64,000 nucleotides of DNA from Mobula hypostoma (GCF_963921235.1 NC_086097.1:158412001-158476000); one strand, 5' to 3'; counted from the first letter of the stretch, positions 1 through 12,205 are shown. Notes: generated by a model from the letters alone, not told the origin. A program made the numbers and translations.

Positions 1-775
1 AGCAACAATTAGTTGGAAGTCAGTGGATTGGGAAGCTTTTGTAAACCAACAAAAAGCAACTCAAAAGCCACTTAGAGATAAAAGATGAAATATGAAGGTA
101 AGCGATCCCATAATGTAAAAGAGGATACCAAAAGTTTTCTTTTCAGATATATAAAGAGTGAAAGAGAGGCAAGAAGATTAAGGATATTGGATCACAGGAA
201 AATGACGCTGGAGAGGTAGTAATGGGGGATAAAGAAATGGCGGATGAACTCTTAAGTATTATGCGTTGGTCTTCACTGTGGAAGAGGCTGGCAATATGCC
301 AGAAATTTGAGAGTGTCAGGGGGAAGAAGTGAATGTAGTTACTTTAATTAAAGAGAAGCTGCTTGGGAAGCTGAAAGGTCTAAAGGTAGATAAGTCACTT
401 GGACCAGATGACTACACCGAGGGTTCTAGAAGAGGTAGTTGAAGAAGTTGTGGAGGCATTGGTAATGATCTTTCAAGAACCACTAGATTTTGGAATGATT
501 CCGCAGGACAAGAAAAGTGCAAATAACATGCCACTCTTTATGAAAGAAGGGAGGCAGAAGAAAAGAAATTATAGGCCGGTTAGCCTGACTTCAGTGGTTG
601 GTTGAAAAAATGCTGGAGTCCCTTGTTAAGGAGGCGGTTTCAGGGTACTTGGAGGCACGTGATAAAATGGGTGAAAGTCAGTATTATTTACTTAAGGGGA
701 AATACTGCCTGACAAATTTGTTGGAATTATTTGAGGGAATAACAGGCAAGAATGCCAAAGGAAAGTCAGTTGATG

Positions 776-1517
776 ATGGCAGTCGGCTGGGGTGATATAC
801 TGCGTCCGGTGCTCTCGATGTGGCCTTCTATATATTGGTGAGACCTGACGCAGACTGGGAGACCGCTTTGCTGAACACCTACGCTCTGTCCGCCAGAGAA
901 AGCAGGATCTCCCAGTGGCCACACATTTTAATTCCACATCCCATTCCCATTCTGACATGTCTATCCATGGCCTCCTCTACTGTAAAGATGAAGCCACACT
1001 CAGGTTGGAGCAACAACACCTTATATTCCATCTGGGTAGCCTCCAACCTGATGGCATGAACATCAACTTCTCTAATTTCCGCTAATGCCCCACCTCCCCT
1101 TCATACCCCATCCGTTATTTATTTTTATACACATGTTCTTTCTCTCACTCTCTGTTTTCTCCCTCTGTCCCTCTGACTATACCCCTTGCCCATCCTCTGG
1201 GTTTCCCCCCACCCCTTGTCTTTCTCCCTGGGCCTCCTGTCCCATGATCCTCTCATATCCCCTTTGCCAATCACCTGTCCAGCTCTTGGCTCCATCCCTC
1301 CCCCTCCTGTCTTCTCCTATCATTTTGGATCTCCCCCTCCCCCTCCCCCTCCCACTTTCAAATCTCTTACTAACTCTTCCTTCAGTTAGTCCTGATGAAG
1401 GGTCTCGGCCTGAAACGTCGACTGTACCTCTTCCTGGAGATGCTGCCTGGCCTGCTGCATTCACCAGCAACTTTGATGTGTGTTGCTTGAATTTCCAGCA
1501 TCTGCAGAATTCCTGTT
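776..1517 (+). mobile_element. 5'-truncated Penelope-like element (GIY-YIG C-terminus plus pseudo-LTR)
   Basis: GVIYCVRCSRCGLLYIGET...DGMNINFSNFR* (stop 1083-1085); highly similar to the reverse complement of 44119-44850; TSD gtcagttgatg (765-775) / gtcagtggatg (1518-1528). Confidence 0.92.
1388..1423 (+). ncRNA. Minimal type I hammerhead ribozyme in the PLE pseudo-LTR
   Basis: agtc-CTGATGA-agggtctcggcct-GAAACGTC-gact: conserved core, stem I agtc/gact, palindromic ACGT stem III, predicted cleavage after C1419. Confidence 0.8.
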
Positions 1518-1817
1518 GTCAGTGGATGCTGTTTACTTGGATTTTCAGAATGCCTTTGAGGATGCTTAACAAGCTAAGAGTCCATGGTATTACAGAAAAG
1601 ATACTATCATGGATAAAAGATGGGCTGACTTGCAGGAGGCAAAGTTTGGGAATAAACTTTTCTGATTGGCTGCCAGTGACTAGTGGTGTTCTGCTGGGGT
1701 TGGCATTGGGACCGTATTTTTTCACATTATATGTGAGTGATTTGGATAATGGAATTGTTGGTTTTATGGCCAAGTTTGCAGGTACAAAGCTATGTGGAGG
1801 GACAGTAGTGTTGAGGT

Positions 1818-1829
1818 GTCTCCCCCCCC

Positions 1830-1896
<67 letters not shown>

Positions 1897-1900
1897 TCAC
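1818..1900. repeat. Compound (TC)n/(AC)n microsatellite
   Basis: Directly visible. Confidence 0.95.
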
Positions 1901-1959
1901 TCTTCTGGCCTTACAAAGGTTTTTGTGTGTGTATTTATTTATTTATCTGTTTACCTTTA

Positions 1960-2255
1960 GTTATTTAGTTAGAGATACAGCACAGTTCAGGCCCTTCAGG
2001 CCCTTCGACCCTCCCTGGCCAGCAACCCCCGACAACAGCGATTTAACCTTAACCAAATCATGGGACAGTTTGCTATGATCAGTTAACCCACCCCATACAT
2101 CTTTGTCCTGTGGGAGGAAACCGGGGGACCTGGAGAAAACCCATACATTCCACAGGGAGGACATGCAGAGACTTTTTACAGAGGATGCCGGAATTGAACT
2201 CTGAACTCCAAAGCCCCTGGCAGTAATAGTGTCACGCTGTCTACAATGCCCATGG
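1960..2255 (-). mobile_element. tRNA-derived SINE (V-SINE/HE1-like)
   Basis: Conserved central block tgtgggaggaaaccgg...gagaaaaccca...cacagggaggacatgca; B-box-like gttcaattcc on the minus strand; CR1-like tail. Confidence 0.7.
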
Positions 2256-3147
2256 TATTTCATGTTAAATATTTCCAGTCTTTTCTGCTTTTATTTCACA
2301 ACCCTGTGTTCTAGTTCACTTACAGGGGGTCTTCTCCTTTCCTGTTACTCTCATTTAAAACAATATGCTTACATGATTGTTTTGAATATGAGGGTTGTTT
2401 ATGTCTAGCTAATCATGCTTCCTGTTCTTAAACATTGTCAGGAGATATGCAAGGGGCATGAAAGTCAGTTTATATCATACATTTACAACTTTGGTAAGAG
2501 GAATGTTCTAATATCCAATTTATTTTGGAAACTGAAATAAATGTGGTTCATTGGGTTTTATAGCTGAAACTTTCCCATTTATACTGGATACTATGGCTAG
2601 AGCCCAGCGATATCAGAATAAATTACATGGGGATGATTTAATGTTATGAAGTTAGCTGAAGTACCTGCATATATAATTTTAAGTTATTGTTCTGAAGTTG
2701 ACTTACAATATTAATTCATTTGTGAATAATTCTCAAAATCCTAGTATTTTCCCATACCGCCCACCTACTTCTAGGCAGTAATGAGGAAGCTGGGCTTATG
2801 ACCCAGATCAGTGGTTCACATGCACACATTGTAATCTTATTGAATCTATTGTCAACTCCCACAAAGTGGTTCTGGGGCCAAGCAAAATCATAGATGTCCC
2901 CTTATTCTTTGTGCTGTAATGGATTGACAGATAAGACGGTAATGTAAAAGTGCACTTATGTTGCTACAGTGCCAAAGACAGCCATTTCCTGAATCTTGTG
3001 CAGCTATTGACCTTGTAGAATAGGATTATATTAATGTTCCTCCAGTGTGTAACATTAAGTTGTTCTTTTGGATGAGTCATCTATAATGTGACCCCCAATC
3101 TTAGCTTTTCAAAGTGCTCCAATTAAAGTCAAGTCAGCCAAAATACA

Positions 3148-3251
3148 AAGTACTGTGCAAAGCATTTGGCATATAGGGGTGTGTGTGTGTGTGTGTGTAT
3201 GTGCATGTGTATATGTTTAGTGAGGGTGCCGAAAACTTTTGCACAGTACTG
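3148..3251. mobile_element. Tiny Tc1-type MITE containing a (GT)n tract
   Basis: TIRs agtactgtgcaaa / tttgcacagtactg; same family as 36954-39187. Confidence 0.65.
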
Positions 3252-3318
3252 TATATGTTACCATATGTAGTACAACCCTGTGACTCATTTTCTTATGGAC
3301 ATGCATAGTAAACCCAAG

Positions 3319-4445
3319 TGTAGCCCCCTCACCGGGTTCATAAGTAAACTTGGCTCGTTAGCCAGTTCTGCTAACAGCCACGTGACTCAGAGATGAGAAG
3401 GCCGCCATTCATATACAATACACGTAAAAGGTCTTTATGATTTGGGGTTCGACCAAACAGGAATGTCATGATGTTCTAATTACAGAAACATTGATCTGAC
3501 TGAATGTTCACACTGTTGTCGGTCAGCAAGAAATAATAATCATACACCACATAAAAGCATAAAGAAAGTATATTTTCAAGTATCAGCTTTATTGAACAGT
3601 TAATAGGAAAGAGAAACAAAAAGTGCCCATTACAGTTAAACCAGTCCAATGTTCACATAAATTTGGAGCTCATCCTGGACTTGTTGCTTACTCACACACT
3701 GGGTCCATAGTCTGCATGAAAACACACACTACATTCCCAACTTTGCTGAAAATCCATCTTGAACAAGCGGATTCTGTCTCAGGAGTACTGGCCTCTCCTT
3801 GGAGCCATTCATCTGCACAAAGCACTGTGTGCAATGGGTACTCTCCTTCTAATGACATTCTCAGCCATCTTCCTAACCTGCACACAAAATACTCTGCAGA
3901 TGCTGGGGTCAAGGCAACACTCATAACATGCTGGAAGAACTCAGCAGGTCGGGCAGCATCTGTGGAAATGATCAGTCAACGTTTCGTTCTGGAACCCTTC
4001 GTCGGAACTGAAGAAGGAAGGGGCAGAGGCCCTATAAAGAAGGTGGGGGGAGGGTGGGAAGGAGAAGGCTGGTAGGTTCCAGGTGAAAAACCAGTAAGGG
4101 GGAAAGATAAAGGGGCGGGGGAGGGGAGGCAGGGAGGTGATAGGTAGGAAAGGTGAAGAAGGAATAGGGGAACACACAATGGGTCCTTCCCGCAGCTCTC
4201 ACCAAAAAAAGACCCCGAACCAGGGTACCGTCCATCACAAATCTCTCTCTGCCCCACTCTCTGGAACTTCCTTCCGATTCCACCATCCTGATTGGCTGAC
4301 ACAACATTCCTAAGCTGAGCAGCAGGGCTTCTTAACCCTAGTCAAAACCACAACATTTTACCAGTTGGACGCAGAGCTCATGCAGAAACTGTTAAAATGA
4401 AATATCTGCAGCATAGTAGTAGAAATCTTAACCAGAGCATTAAAC
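3319..4445 (-). mobile_element. Probable solo LTR inserted in a Rex1-like 3' tail
   Basis: Begins TG(tagccccc) and ends CA; interrupts a LINE 3'UTR that resumes near 4446; minus-strand AATAAA near 3590; no clean TSD. Confidence 0.45.
3880..4180 (-). mobile_element. Penelope pseudo-LTR fragment with a variant hammerhead (3973-4010)
   Basis: Terminus ctgcagatgctgg...ctcagcaggtcgggcagcatc; minus strand reads cagtt-CCGACGA-agggttccagaac-GAAACGTT-gactg. Confidence 0.75.
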
Positions 4446-4790
4446 AGAAACACAACAGAAAAAATGAAAGACCACACCCAGCAGGACAGACAAATAACCA
4501 GGGTGCAAAAGACAACTATCTGTGCAAAAACAAAAGGAAAAAAGAAATAATAATAACAACAGCAATAAGTAAATAAATAAGCAATAAATATCGAGAACAT
4601 AAGTCCTTGAAAGTGCATCCATATTTTGGAGAACAGTTCACTGATGGGGCAAGTGAAGTTGAATGATGTTATCCCCACTGGTTCAAGACCCTGATGGGTG
4701 AGGGGTAATACCCGTTCCTGAACTTGGTGGTGAGAGTCCTGAGGTGCCTGTACTTTCTTCCTGAAAGTAGCAGCGAGAAGAGAGCATTTA
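4446..4790 (-). mobile_element. Rex1/Babar-like LINE 3' end
   Basis: Reverse complement of the aggtacagg..cctcagg..caccaccaagttcaggaac 3' region seen in the other Rex1-like copies. Confidence 0.65.
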
Positions 4791-5486
4791 GTTTTCCAAA
4801 TGTAAAGGAAACAACATATGAGCATTATGTCATTCAGTCTCTTCTGTTCACCATCTTATCATGTAACACTTCCATTCACTATAAAACAGCCCACCTTTCT
4901 TTGCCATCTTAAACTTGTTTCACTTCTAACTTTTCTTAGCTCTTATAATTGCTTGCTAAGGTGAGAAGTTGACTCTGTTTCTCTCCCCACAGACGTTGCC
5001 TAGAATGGTGAGTATTTCATCAATTTCAAACTTTATTTCAGATTTCTAGCATTGTGTTTCTTGCACCTAAATGTCACATGAACCGTAACAGAATAAGGGA
5101 AGACAATAAGATTAAACTTAGGCTCTTTATCTGAATGTATGCAGTATTCAGAACAGAGTGACTGAATTGACAACACAAATAGAAATACGTAGTTAGGATC
5201 AAATAGCTTTCCAGGGACAGGTTTGAAGGTGACCAAAACCTGGAACTGAATCGTCTAGGGTATTTTTTTCTTCTGAAGGATAGGTAAAGATGAAAGTAGA
5301 TGTGTTTGCTCTATAATGCATAGACGAGATAACTACAATGTTGAGGAATGGTATTGGCTCAGAAGCCAGATTTGTAGAATTAACTTTGTGGAAGTAAAAA
5401 TGATAATGGTAAATAGGCATTAGTGGGAAGAAAATATACATCCTCTAACAGTCGCTATACTGTAGGAGAGCTGGTAAAAAGAACAG

Positions 5487-5700
5487 ACACACAAAATGCT
5501 GGAGGAACTTAGCAGTTCAGGCAGCATCTATGGAAAAGAGTAAACAGTCAATGCTTCAGGCAGAGATTCTGATCCTGGCCCTGGTCTCGCTTGAAACGTT
5601 GACTGTTTACTCTTTTCCATAGATGCTGCCTGACCTGCTGAGTTCCTCCAGCATTTTGTGGGTGTTGCTTTGATTTCCAGCATTTGCAGATTTTCTCATC
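5487..5700. mobile_element. Fold-back (inverted-repeat) short derivative of the PLE terminus
   Basis: Arms aaaatgctggaggaact...tggaaaagagtaaacagtca / tgactgtttactcttttccatag...agttcctccagcatttt; the turn lies at the hammerhead region. Confidence 0.8.
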
Positions 5701-7318
5701 TTTGAAAAAAGAGCAATTTTAATCGCAGTGTAGATTGACGGAAAACAATTGTCAAGAGTAGTCTTGAGGATTACTTTATGAACTATATGCAGGATTATTT
5801 CTTAGAGCTAGATGATGAAGAAACAATCATGAAGTAGGCTATTGTAATTCTATGATCTCAGAGTAAAGGGCCCTATCAACCATAGCAAGATATACAAAAC
5901 CTCCCTCACCCAGACAATCAGGTTCCCCTGACGAGAATGTGGAAGAAAGGTCCACTTCCGATATCTCAGAAGCCATCTTGCAATAGAGGCAAATGGCTGA
6001 TGGTGAAGATAAAATTAGTGATCATCTTCAGTGCACTAATACAGTTTTTAGATAAGTGATGAAATGAGTGGAGATCAGTAACTCATGATCCATCATCATC
6101 TACTCATATGCCTCTATTGCAAAATGGCCCATGAGATATAGAAATGGGCAGTCAATATTTCGGATGAGACTGTCCATTTCTCTCTATACATTTTCCCTGA
6201 CCCACTGAGTTCCTCCAACGTCTGGTGTGTCGCTTAAAATTATCTTATTTATTTATTTAATCTTTCGCTCTTCACGTTATGCTGAATTTTGAAACTCTGC
6301 CCTTTATCTTCCTTCCTTAATAGACAAATCTCCTCTTTATTTATTTTAAATTAGGTTTTCTTGGTGGCCTAATGAGTGAAAAGCTTATTTTACAAACGCA
6401 GTATCAGAATTGAACTGTCTTCCATAGTTCACAGCTTCAAACATGTAGCTTGCTCTCATTTCAGCCTAAGGGCAGTAAGCACTCGTGCATCAGAGTAATC
6501 TGTCCAGGATCCCATGCTGTTTAAGCTCTGTGTGACTTATCTCTATTACCGTGAGTTAGTGCCTTAAGGAGGGGAATGGGAGAAAGATGCTTCTCCAAAG
6601 CAATCGTACACTTTGAAATTAGTTTCTTTTAAGCCTGGATTGCAGAGAGCCTGTCAAAATGGATCAGCTAAATTCATAGATCCGGGGAGCAGATGGCCAA
6701 GAGTGGATGGTTTTGGTGGCATCTATCGTTTTGGATATTGGAGTAGAAGAAACATCTCTGAGCTGAAATTTGTTAATGCCGCAGTGAATGAGAGGCAATA
6801 CTAAAGAAATATTGCTGGTAATGCAAGATGCAATGGAAGTATTATAGATAGTGAGAGTGACTGATTGGAGAGCTTCAGCTTATTCCCTCTTTTGCAAGCA
6901 AACTGTACGTTGCCATAAATCAAAGTGCCACCAGGCTCATTGAGTCCTGTCAGGCATGTGGACCTTTGCACAGCATCTTCATCTTATCTAACTGGTAACC
7001 CTCTCTCTTTTTCAAAAGGGCTACTTAAAAAAAAAACTTGCAAGCCAAACTGTATCAAATAAATGCAGATGCTGGAAATTGGAAATAAAACCAGAAAATA
7101 CTGGAAACATTCAGCAGATCAGGCTGTTTTTGGTGATAAAGGTTGCTTTTCTTCAGTTGCAATCGCACATCTGATATTCTGCATGGAAGTTAAAGTATGC
7201 TCTGTAGTAGCATTTATATGACTGATCTGTGAAATCTTAATCAATTGCTTATAGAAATGGTGCTTTAACTATTCAAAGAGGATGGTTCAATGGATCATAA
7301 TTGTATTTGATACATGTA

Positions 7319-8835
7319 CAGTGATGCTAGAAAGTTTGTGAACCCTGCAGAATTTGCTCTATTTCTGTATAAATATGACCTAATATGTGATCAGATCTTC
7401 ATGTGTGTCCTAAAACTAGATGAAGAAAACCCAATTAAATAAATAACACAAGAACATAATACTTGTTTAGTTGTTTATTGAGAAAAATGATCCAATATTA
7501 CATTAATTTGTTGGTAAAAGTATGTGAACCTTTGCTCTCAGTAACTGACCCTCTTGTGCAGCAATAACTTAAACTAAACATTTCTGGTGACTGTTGATCA
7601 GTCCTGCACATCAGCTTGGAGGATTTTTAGGCCATTCCTCAGCCTTCCAAAACATGAATTTTCTTTTTTTTAAACCATTCTGTTGTTGATTTACTCTTGT
7701 CTTTTGGATCATTGTTGCATTATCTAACTTCTATTATGCTTCAGGTGATGGAACGCTATCCTGCCATTCTCCTGTCTTGATACAATTGTGAATTAATTGT
7801 TCTCTCAACGATTACAAGTTGTCCAGGCCCTGAGGCAGCAAAGCAGTCCCAAACCATGATGCTCCTTCCACCATGCTTCACAATTGGGATGAGGTATTGG
7901 TGTTGATGTGCTGTGTCCTTTTTGGTGTTGGTGTGCCATACCATTTTAGTTCCAAACATAGCAATGTGCACTTCTGCCAAGAAGTGAAATTTCTGTCTCA
8001 TCTATCCACAGAACACTGTCCCAGAAGCATTGTAGAATATCGTGGTGGTCTTTTGCAAACTTGAGACCTGCAATAATGTCTTTTATTTGGAGAGCAATGG
8101 TTTCCTCCGTGGTGTCCTTCCATGAACACCATTCTTGTTCAGTGTTTTTCTTATAGTGGACACATGTACGGAGACTTTAGCAAGTTCTAGAGATTTCTGC
8201 AGGTCTTTTGCTGTTACCCTGGGGTTCTTTTGCACTTGCTACAGATTGCACATTGTGCTCTTGGTGAGATGTTTGCAGGATGCCTACTCCTAGGGGAGTA
8301 GCAACAGTACTGAGTTTCCTCCATTTGCAGACAATTTCTCCTAATGTGGACTGATGAACACTCAGGTCTTTAGAAATGCTTTTGTAGCCTTTCCCAGCTT
8401 CATGCGTCTCTACAGTTCTTCTTCTGAGGTCCTTTGAAAGTTGTTTTGATCGAGGCATGGTGCACATGAACTGATCGTTCTTGAGAAGAGCAGGCTCTGT
8501 CAGTAACCTGACTTTGTGTGACATTTTTATAGGGCAGGGTACCTCTACAACCCACACCTCCAATCTCATCTCATTGATTAGACCATCTGACTCCAAATAG
8601 CTTTCGTAGAAGCCTTACCCCAGAGGTTCACATACTTTTTTCAATAAATGCATGTAATATTGGATCATTTTTCTCAATAAGTAAATGAACAAGTATAATA
8701 TTTTTTGTGTAATTTATTTGTTTTTTTTCTTTATCTAGTTTTAGGACTTTTATGAAGGTCTGATCACATTTTAAGTCATATTTATGCAGAAGTAGAGAAA
8801 ATTGCACAGGGTTCACAATCTTTCTAGCACCATGG
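7319..8835 (-). mobile_element. Tc1-like DNA transposon with long (~200 bp) TIRs and a decayed transposase
   Basis: TA-cagtgatgctagaaagtttgtgaacc / gggttcacaatctttctagcac..-TA; MPRSKQLSKDLRRR..GKGYKSISK (ATG 8458); VKHGGRSIMVWDCF. Confidence 0.92.
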
Positions 8836-8982
8836 TAACTGTAGGATGGTCATGCATGAGATTCTGTTGGGATTTTTATTGTTTACGTTGCACAGCTTCA
8901 GTACACAGCTTTACTATCATTTTTGTGATTTTCCTTGTTCTCCTTTTAAACACAGTGCTGAAATGAAGTCCAATACATTGCA

Positions 8983-9216
8983 AACACAAGATTCTGCAGA
9001 TTCTGGATATCTAGATTAACACACAAAAAATGATGGAGGAACTCAGCAGGTCAGGCAGCATCTATGAAGAGGAATACAGAGTTGACATTTTGAGCTGAGT
9101 TCCTTTATTAGACTCTTCATCAATTCTGATAAGGATCTCAGTCCAAAATGTCAACTCTTTACTGAACTCCATAGATGTTTCCTCCATCATCCATCATTTG
9201 TTATGTGTTACTCCAG
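8983..9216. mobile_element. Fold-back PLE-terminus derivative (degenerate)
   Basis: Inverted arms tctatg...gagttgacattttg / caaaatgtcaactc...catagatg, with decayed hammerhead cores on both arms. Confidence 0.7.
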
Positions 9217-11138
9217 TATATTTTCTTGCTGTAACTCAGTCTTTCACAGGACTTGGAGCTGCTCTGCGTATTTCCTTTGAATTGCTTCCTTTCTCTTACA
9301 CTGTTTCTATACAGTAATTGTAAATTATGAGATTTATCCTGCTACTTTATACTTATAAATAGTATTATTTAGTTTCTAATAAATGCTGTCTGCAAATATA
9401 TTGGATTCAGAATGGGAGGAAGTTCCACATGACTGAGCCAAAGGTTGAAGTTTGTTGGAATAACCTTAAAGGAAGCAGAAGGGAATTTCTGTTTGTTAAA
9501 CTGAAAACATAACCATTATAGTGGAGCGTCTCAAATCAAAAGACCAGAATTTTAAGTGATTTGTGCGTTTGGACCAGGTTGACAGATAGAAAAATCTGAG
9601 GCCCATGAAGGATTATGACCTGAAACATCAACATTCACATTCATTGATGCAGCCGGACCTGCTGCATTCCTTTCATACCGACAGTGTTACTAGAGCAAAG
9701 TATTGGTCAACTGGGAACTTCTGTACTTTAGACTGCACTTGATAAATAGGCTTATTATTTTTACCTGAAGAGATACAACTAAAAACTTTGCTTTGCATGC
9801 CATCCAGACAGAATATTTTACCACATCAGTTCATTGAGGGAATTTGAGGCAAAAGAATATTTTTATATAAATAAAATTAAAACAAATGCAGAATAAAGTG
9901 TGATAGTCACAGAGAAAGTGCAGTGCAGGCAGGCAATAACAAAATAGATTGTGAGGTCAAGAGTCCATCTTATTGTACCAAGGGGTCAACGTTGATAAAG
10001 CTTACTCCTGGAAACTTGAAAATCTGAACCCTCTCAACCTTAGCACTGTTTTGTTTTGTAAACAAAAATGTGTGCATTCCATGTCCTCCTCCCCCCCCAA
10101 CCCACCTTACAGTCCCTTCATCGCTATTTACGTAGCATTTACATTGTATTAGGTATTATAAGTCAGTTCACATTGGGAATTAGATATCAGAGTTTTGAAA
10201 GAATTAGACTTCAACATGATTTGACAACCGTTATCCTACATGTTAGTTGTTGTTCATATTTAAGAGATTTCACATCAACAATCCTCCCTTGATTAATTTC
10301 TGAGCTTGTCAGACCAGAGGAGTGAACAGTTAAAAGTCAATTACATTGGTATATCTAGGCCAGACATATATATATACACTAATCTCTTTACACTCATGAC
10401 TGTGTGGCTAAGCTTAGCTCAAACACCACTGATAAATTTGCAGGTGACACCACTGTTGCTGATAAAATCTCAGATGAGATGTGATGAGGAGGCATACAGG
10501 AGTGTGTTAAATCAGCTGGTTGAGTAGTGTCGCAACAGTAGCTTTGCAATCAGTCAGTAAGACCAAGGAATCAATTGTGGACTTCAGAAAGGGGAGGTTG
10601 GAAGAGCACATACTAGTCCTCATTGAGGGGTCAGCTGTGGACAGAGCAAACAGCGTAAAGTTCTTGGGTGTCAACGTCTTGGAGGATCTGCCCTGGGTCA
10701 AAAACTTTGGTGCAATCACGAAGGGGGAATGCCAACAGTTATGCTTGGTTAGGAATTTGAGGAAATTGGTATGTCATCAAAGCCTCTTGCAAGTTTCTGT
10801 AGCTGTGCCGTTGGGAACATTCTGACTGGTTGCATTGTGACCTACTCTTGCTGCTGCAATGTTCAGAATTGTAAGTTGTTTTAGAAGGCTATAGAGACAG
10901 TCAGCTTCATCATGGACACAACCATTGAGTGTATGTTAAGAGGTGGTGCCTCAGGAAGGCGCCATCCATTATTATGAACCCTCAGCATTTGGGATAGGCC
11001 CTCTCCTCATTACTACAAGGGACAAGGTACAAGAGCCCACACTGTGATTTAGGAAGTGCTTCCTCCCCTCTGCCACCAGATTTCTGAACAGTACTTGGAC
11101 ACTACCTTATTTCTTTATTTACACGATATATCTATTTT

Positions 11139-11443
11139 AGGCACGTGGTTAAGGCATTGGACTAGCGACCTGAAGGTCGTGAGTTCAAGCCCAGCCGAGG
11201 CAACGTGTTGTGTCCTTGAGCAAGGCACTTAATCACACATTGCTCTGCAACGACACTGGTGCCAAGCTGTATGGGTCCTAATGCCCTTCCCTTGGACAAC
11301 ATTGGTGTCGTGGAGAGGGGAGACTTGCAGCATGGGCAACTGCTGGTCTTCCATACAATCTTCCCCAGGCCTGCGCCCTGGAGAGTGAAGACTTTCCAGG
11401 TGTAGATCCATGGTCTCGCAAGACTAACAGATGCCTTAACTTA
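11139..11443 (+). mobile_element. tRNA-derived SINE with a CORE-like central block
   Basis: Box A tggttaaggc, box B gttcaagc, tgtgtccttgagcaaggcacttaa; 11-bp TSD atatctatttt (11128-11138 and 11444-11454). Confidence 0.88.
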
Positions 11444-12004
11444 ATATCTATTTTGAAATTTATTGTACAGTCGTCCCTCCGTATCCGCGGTTCCGCATCC
11501 GCGGATTCAACCAACCATGGATCGGGATCGGAAAAAACCTAGAAGTTCTCTCTCCAGCACTTGTTGTTTGAGCATTGTTCGCCTCGCGTCTCGTTCGTTC
11601 GCTACTTGTGTTGTGAGCGAGAGGAAGGAGTTTAAGGCTACTAAACTCTGGCTGTCTAGCTATGTAAAGTGCTACAGCCTCAAGAACTTAAAGATCACGG
11701 GAGCATCAGCATCGGCTGAAGCCGAGGCGACATCAGCATTCCCAGAAGAGCTACGATGGTTGCATCTGTATTGAACATGTACAGACTTTTTTTTTCTTGT
11801 CATTATTCCCTAAACAATACAGTATAACAACTATTTACATAGCATTTACATTGTATTAGGTATTATAAGTAATCTAGAGATGATTTAAAGTGTACGGGAG
11901 GATGTGCATAGGTTATATGCAAATACTATGCCATTTTATATATGGGACTTGAGCATCTGCAGAATTTGGTATCCGTGGGGAGTCCTGGAACCAAAACCCT
12001 ATGG

Positions 12005-12076
12005 ATAAGAGTGGTGCAGCGGAAGCGTGCTGGGCCCATAACCCAGAGGTCAATGGATCGAAACCATCCTCTGCTA
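12005..12076 (+). pseudogene. Initiator tRNA-Met (CAT) copy, lacking the correct 5' end
   Basis: Matches vertebrate tRNA-iMet AGAGTGG(C>T)GCAGCGGAAGCGTGCTGGGCCCATAACCCAGAGGTC(G>A)ATGGATCGAAACCATCCTCTGCTA; positions 2-3 mismatched; no CCA; followed by TGTTTT. Confidence 0.93.
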
Positions 12077-12144
12077 TGTTTTCTGTTAGTGGCAGCGCTT
12101 ATGCATCCTCGTGTTTTAAAACACAAGTGTGTCATATTATATTT

Positions 12145-12205
12145 GGCACAGCCAAGAAGGGCCAAAAGGCCTGTTTCTGTGCTGTAGTTTCTATGGTTTC
12201 TATGT
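12145..12205 (+). mobile_element. CR1 3' tail fused downstream of the tRNA-iMet copy
   Basis: gggccaaaaggcctgtttctgtgctgtagtttctatggtttctatgt; same tail type as 33386-33440 (minus) and 49660-49706. Confidence 0.85.

Larger units (their letters stand above)
1..1817 (+). mobile_element. Degenerate CR1-type LINE ORF2 fragment (RT region), split by a Penelope insertion at 776-1517
   Basis: Translated pieces include NYRPVSLTSVVG, CLTNLLELFEGIT, VYLDFQNAF, SGVLLGLALGP, FTLYVSDLD and AKFA, with many frameshifts. Confidence 0.9.

Noticed and set aside
1085..1960. 291-aa ORF
   Set aside because: Chance read-through across a PLE pseudo-LTR, CR1 remnants and a microsatellite; no coherent domain.
6613..6804. 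Possible first coding exon of the host gene
   Set aside because: No ATG-initiated MSYG-like sequence and no good donor site.
12005..12076. Functional tRNA-iMet gene
   Set aside because: Acceptor-stem positions 2-3 are mismatched, it carries two further substitutions, and it sits in a retro-inserted unit inside a MITE.
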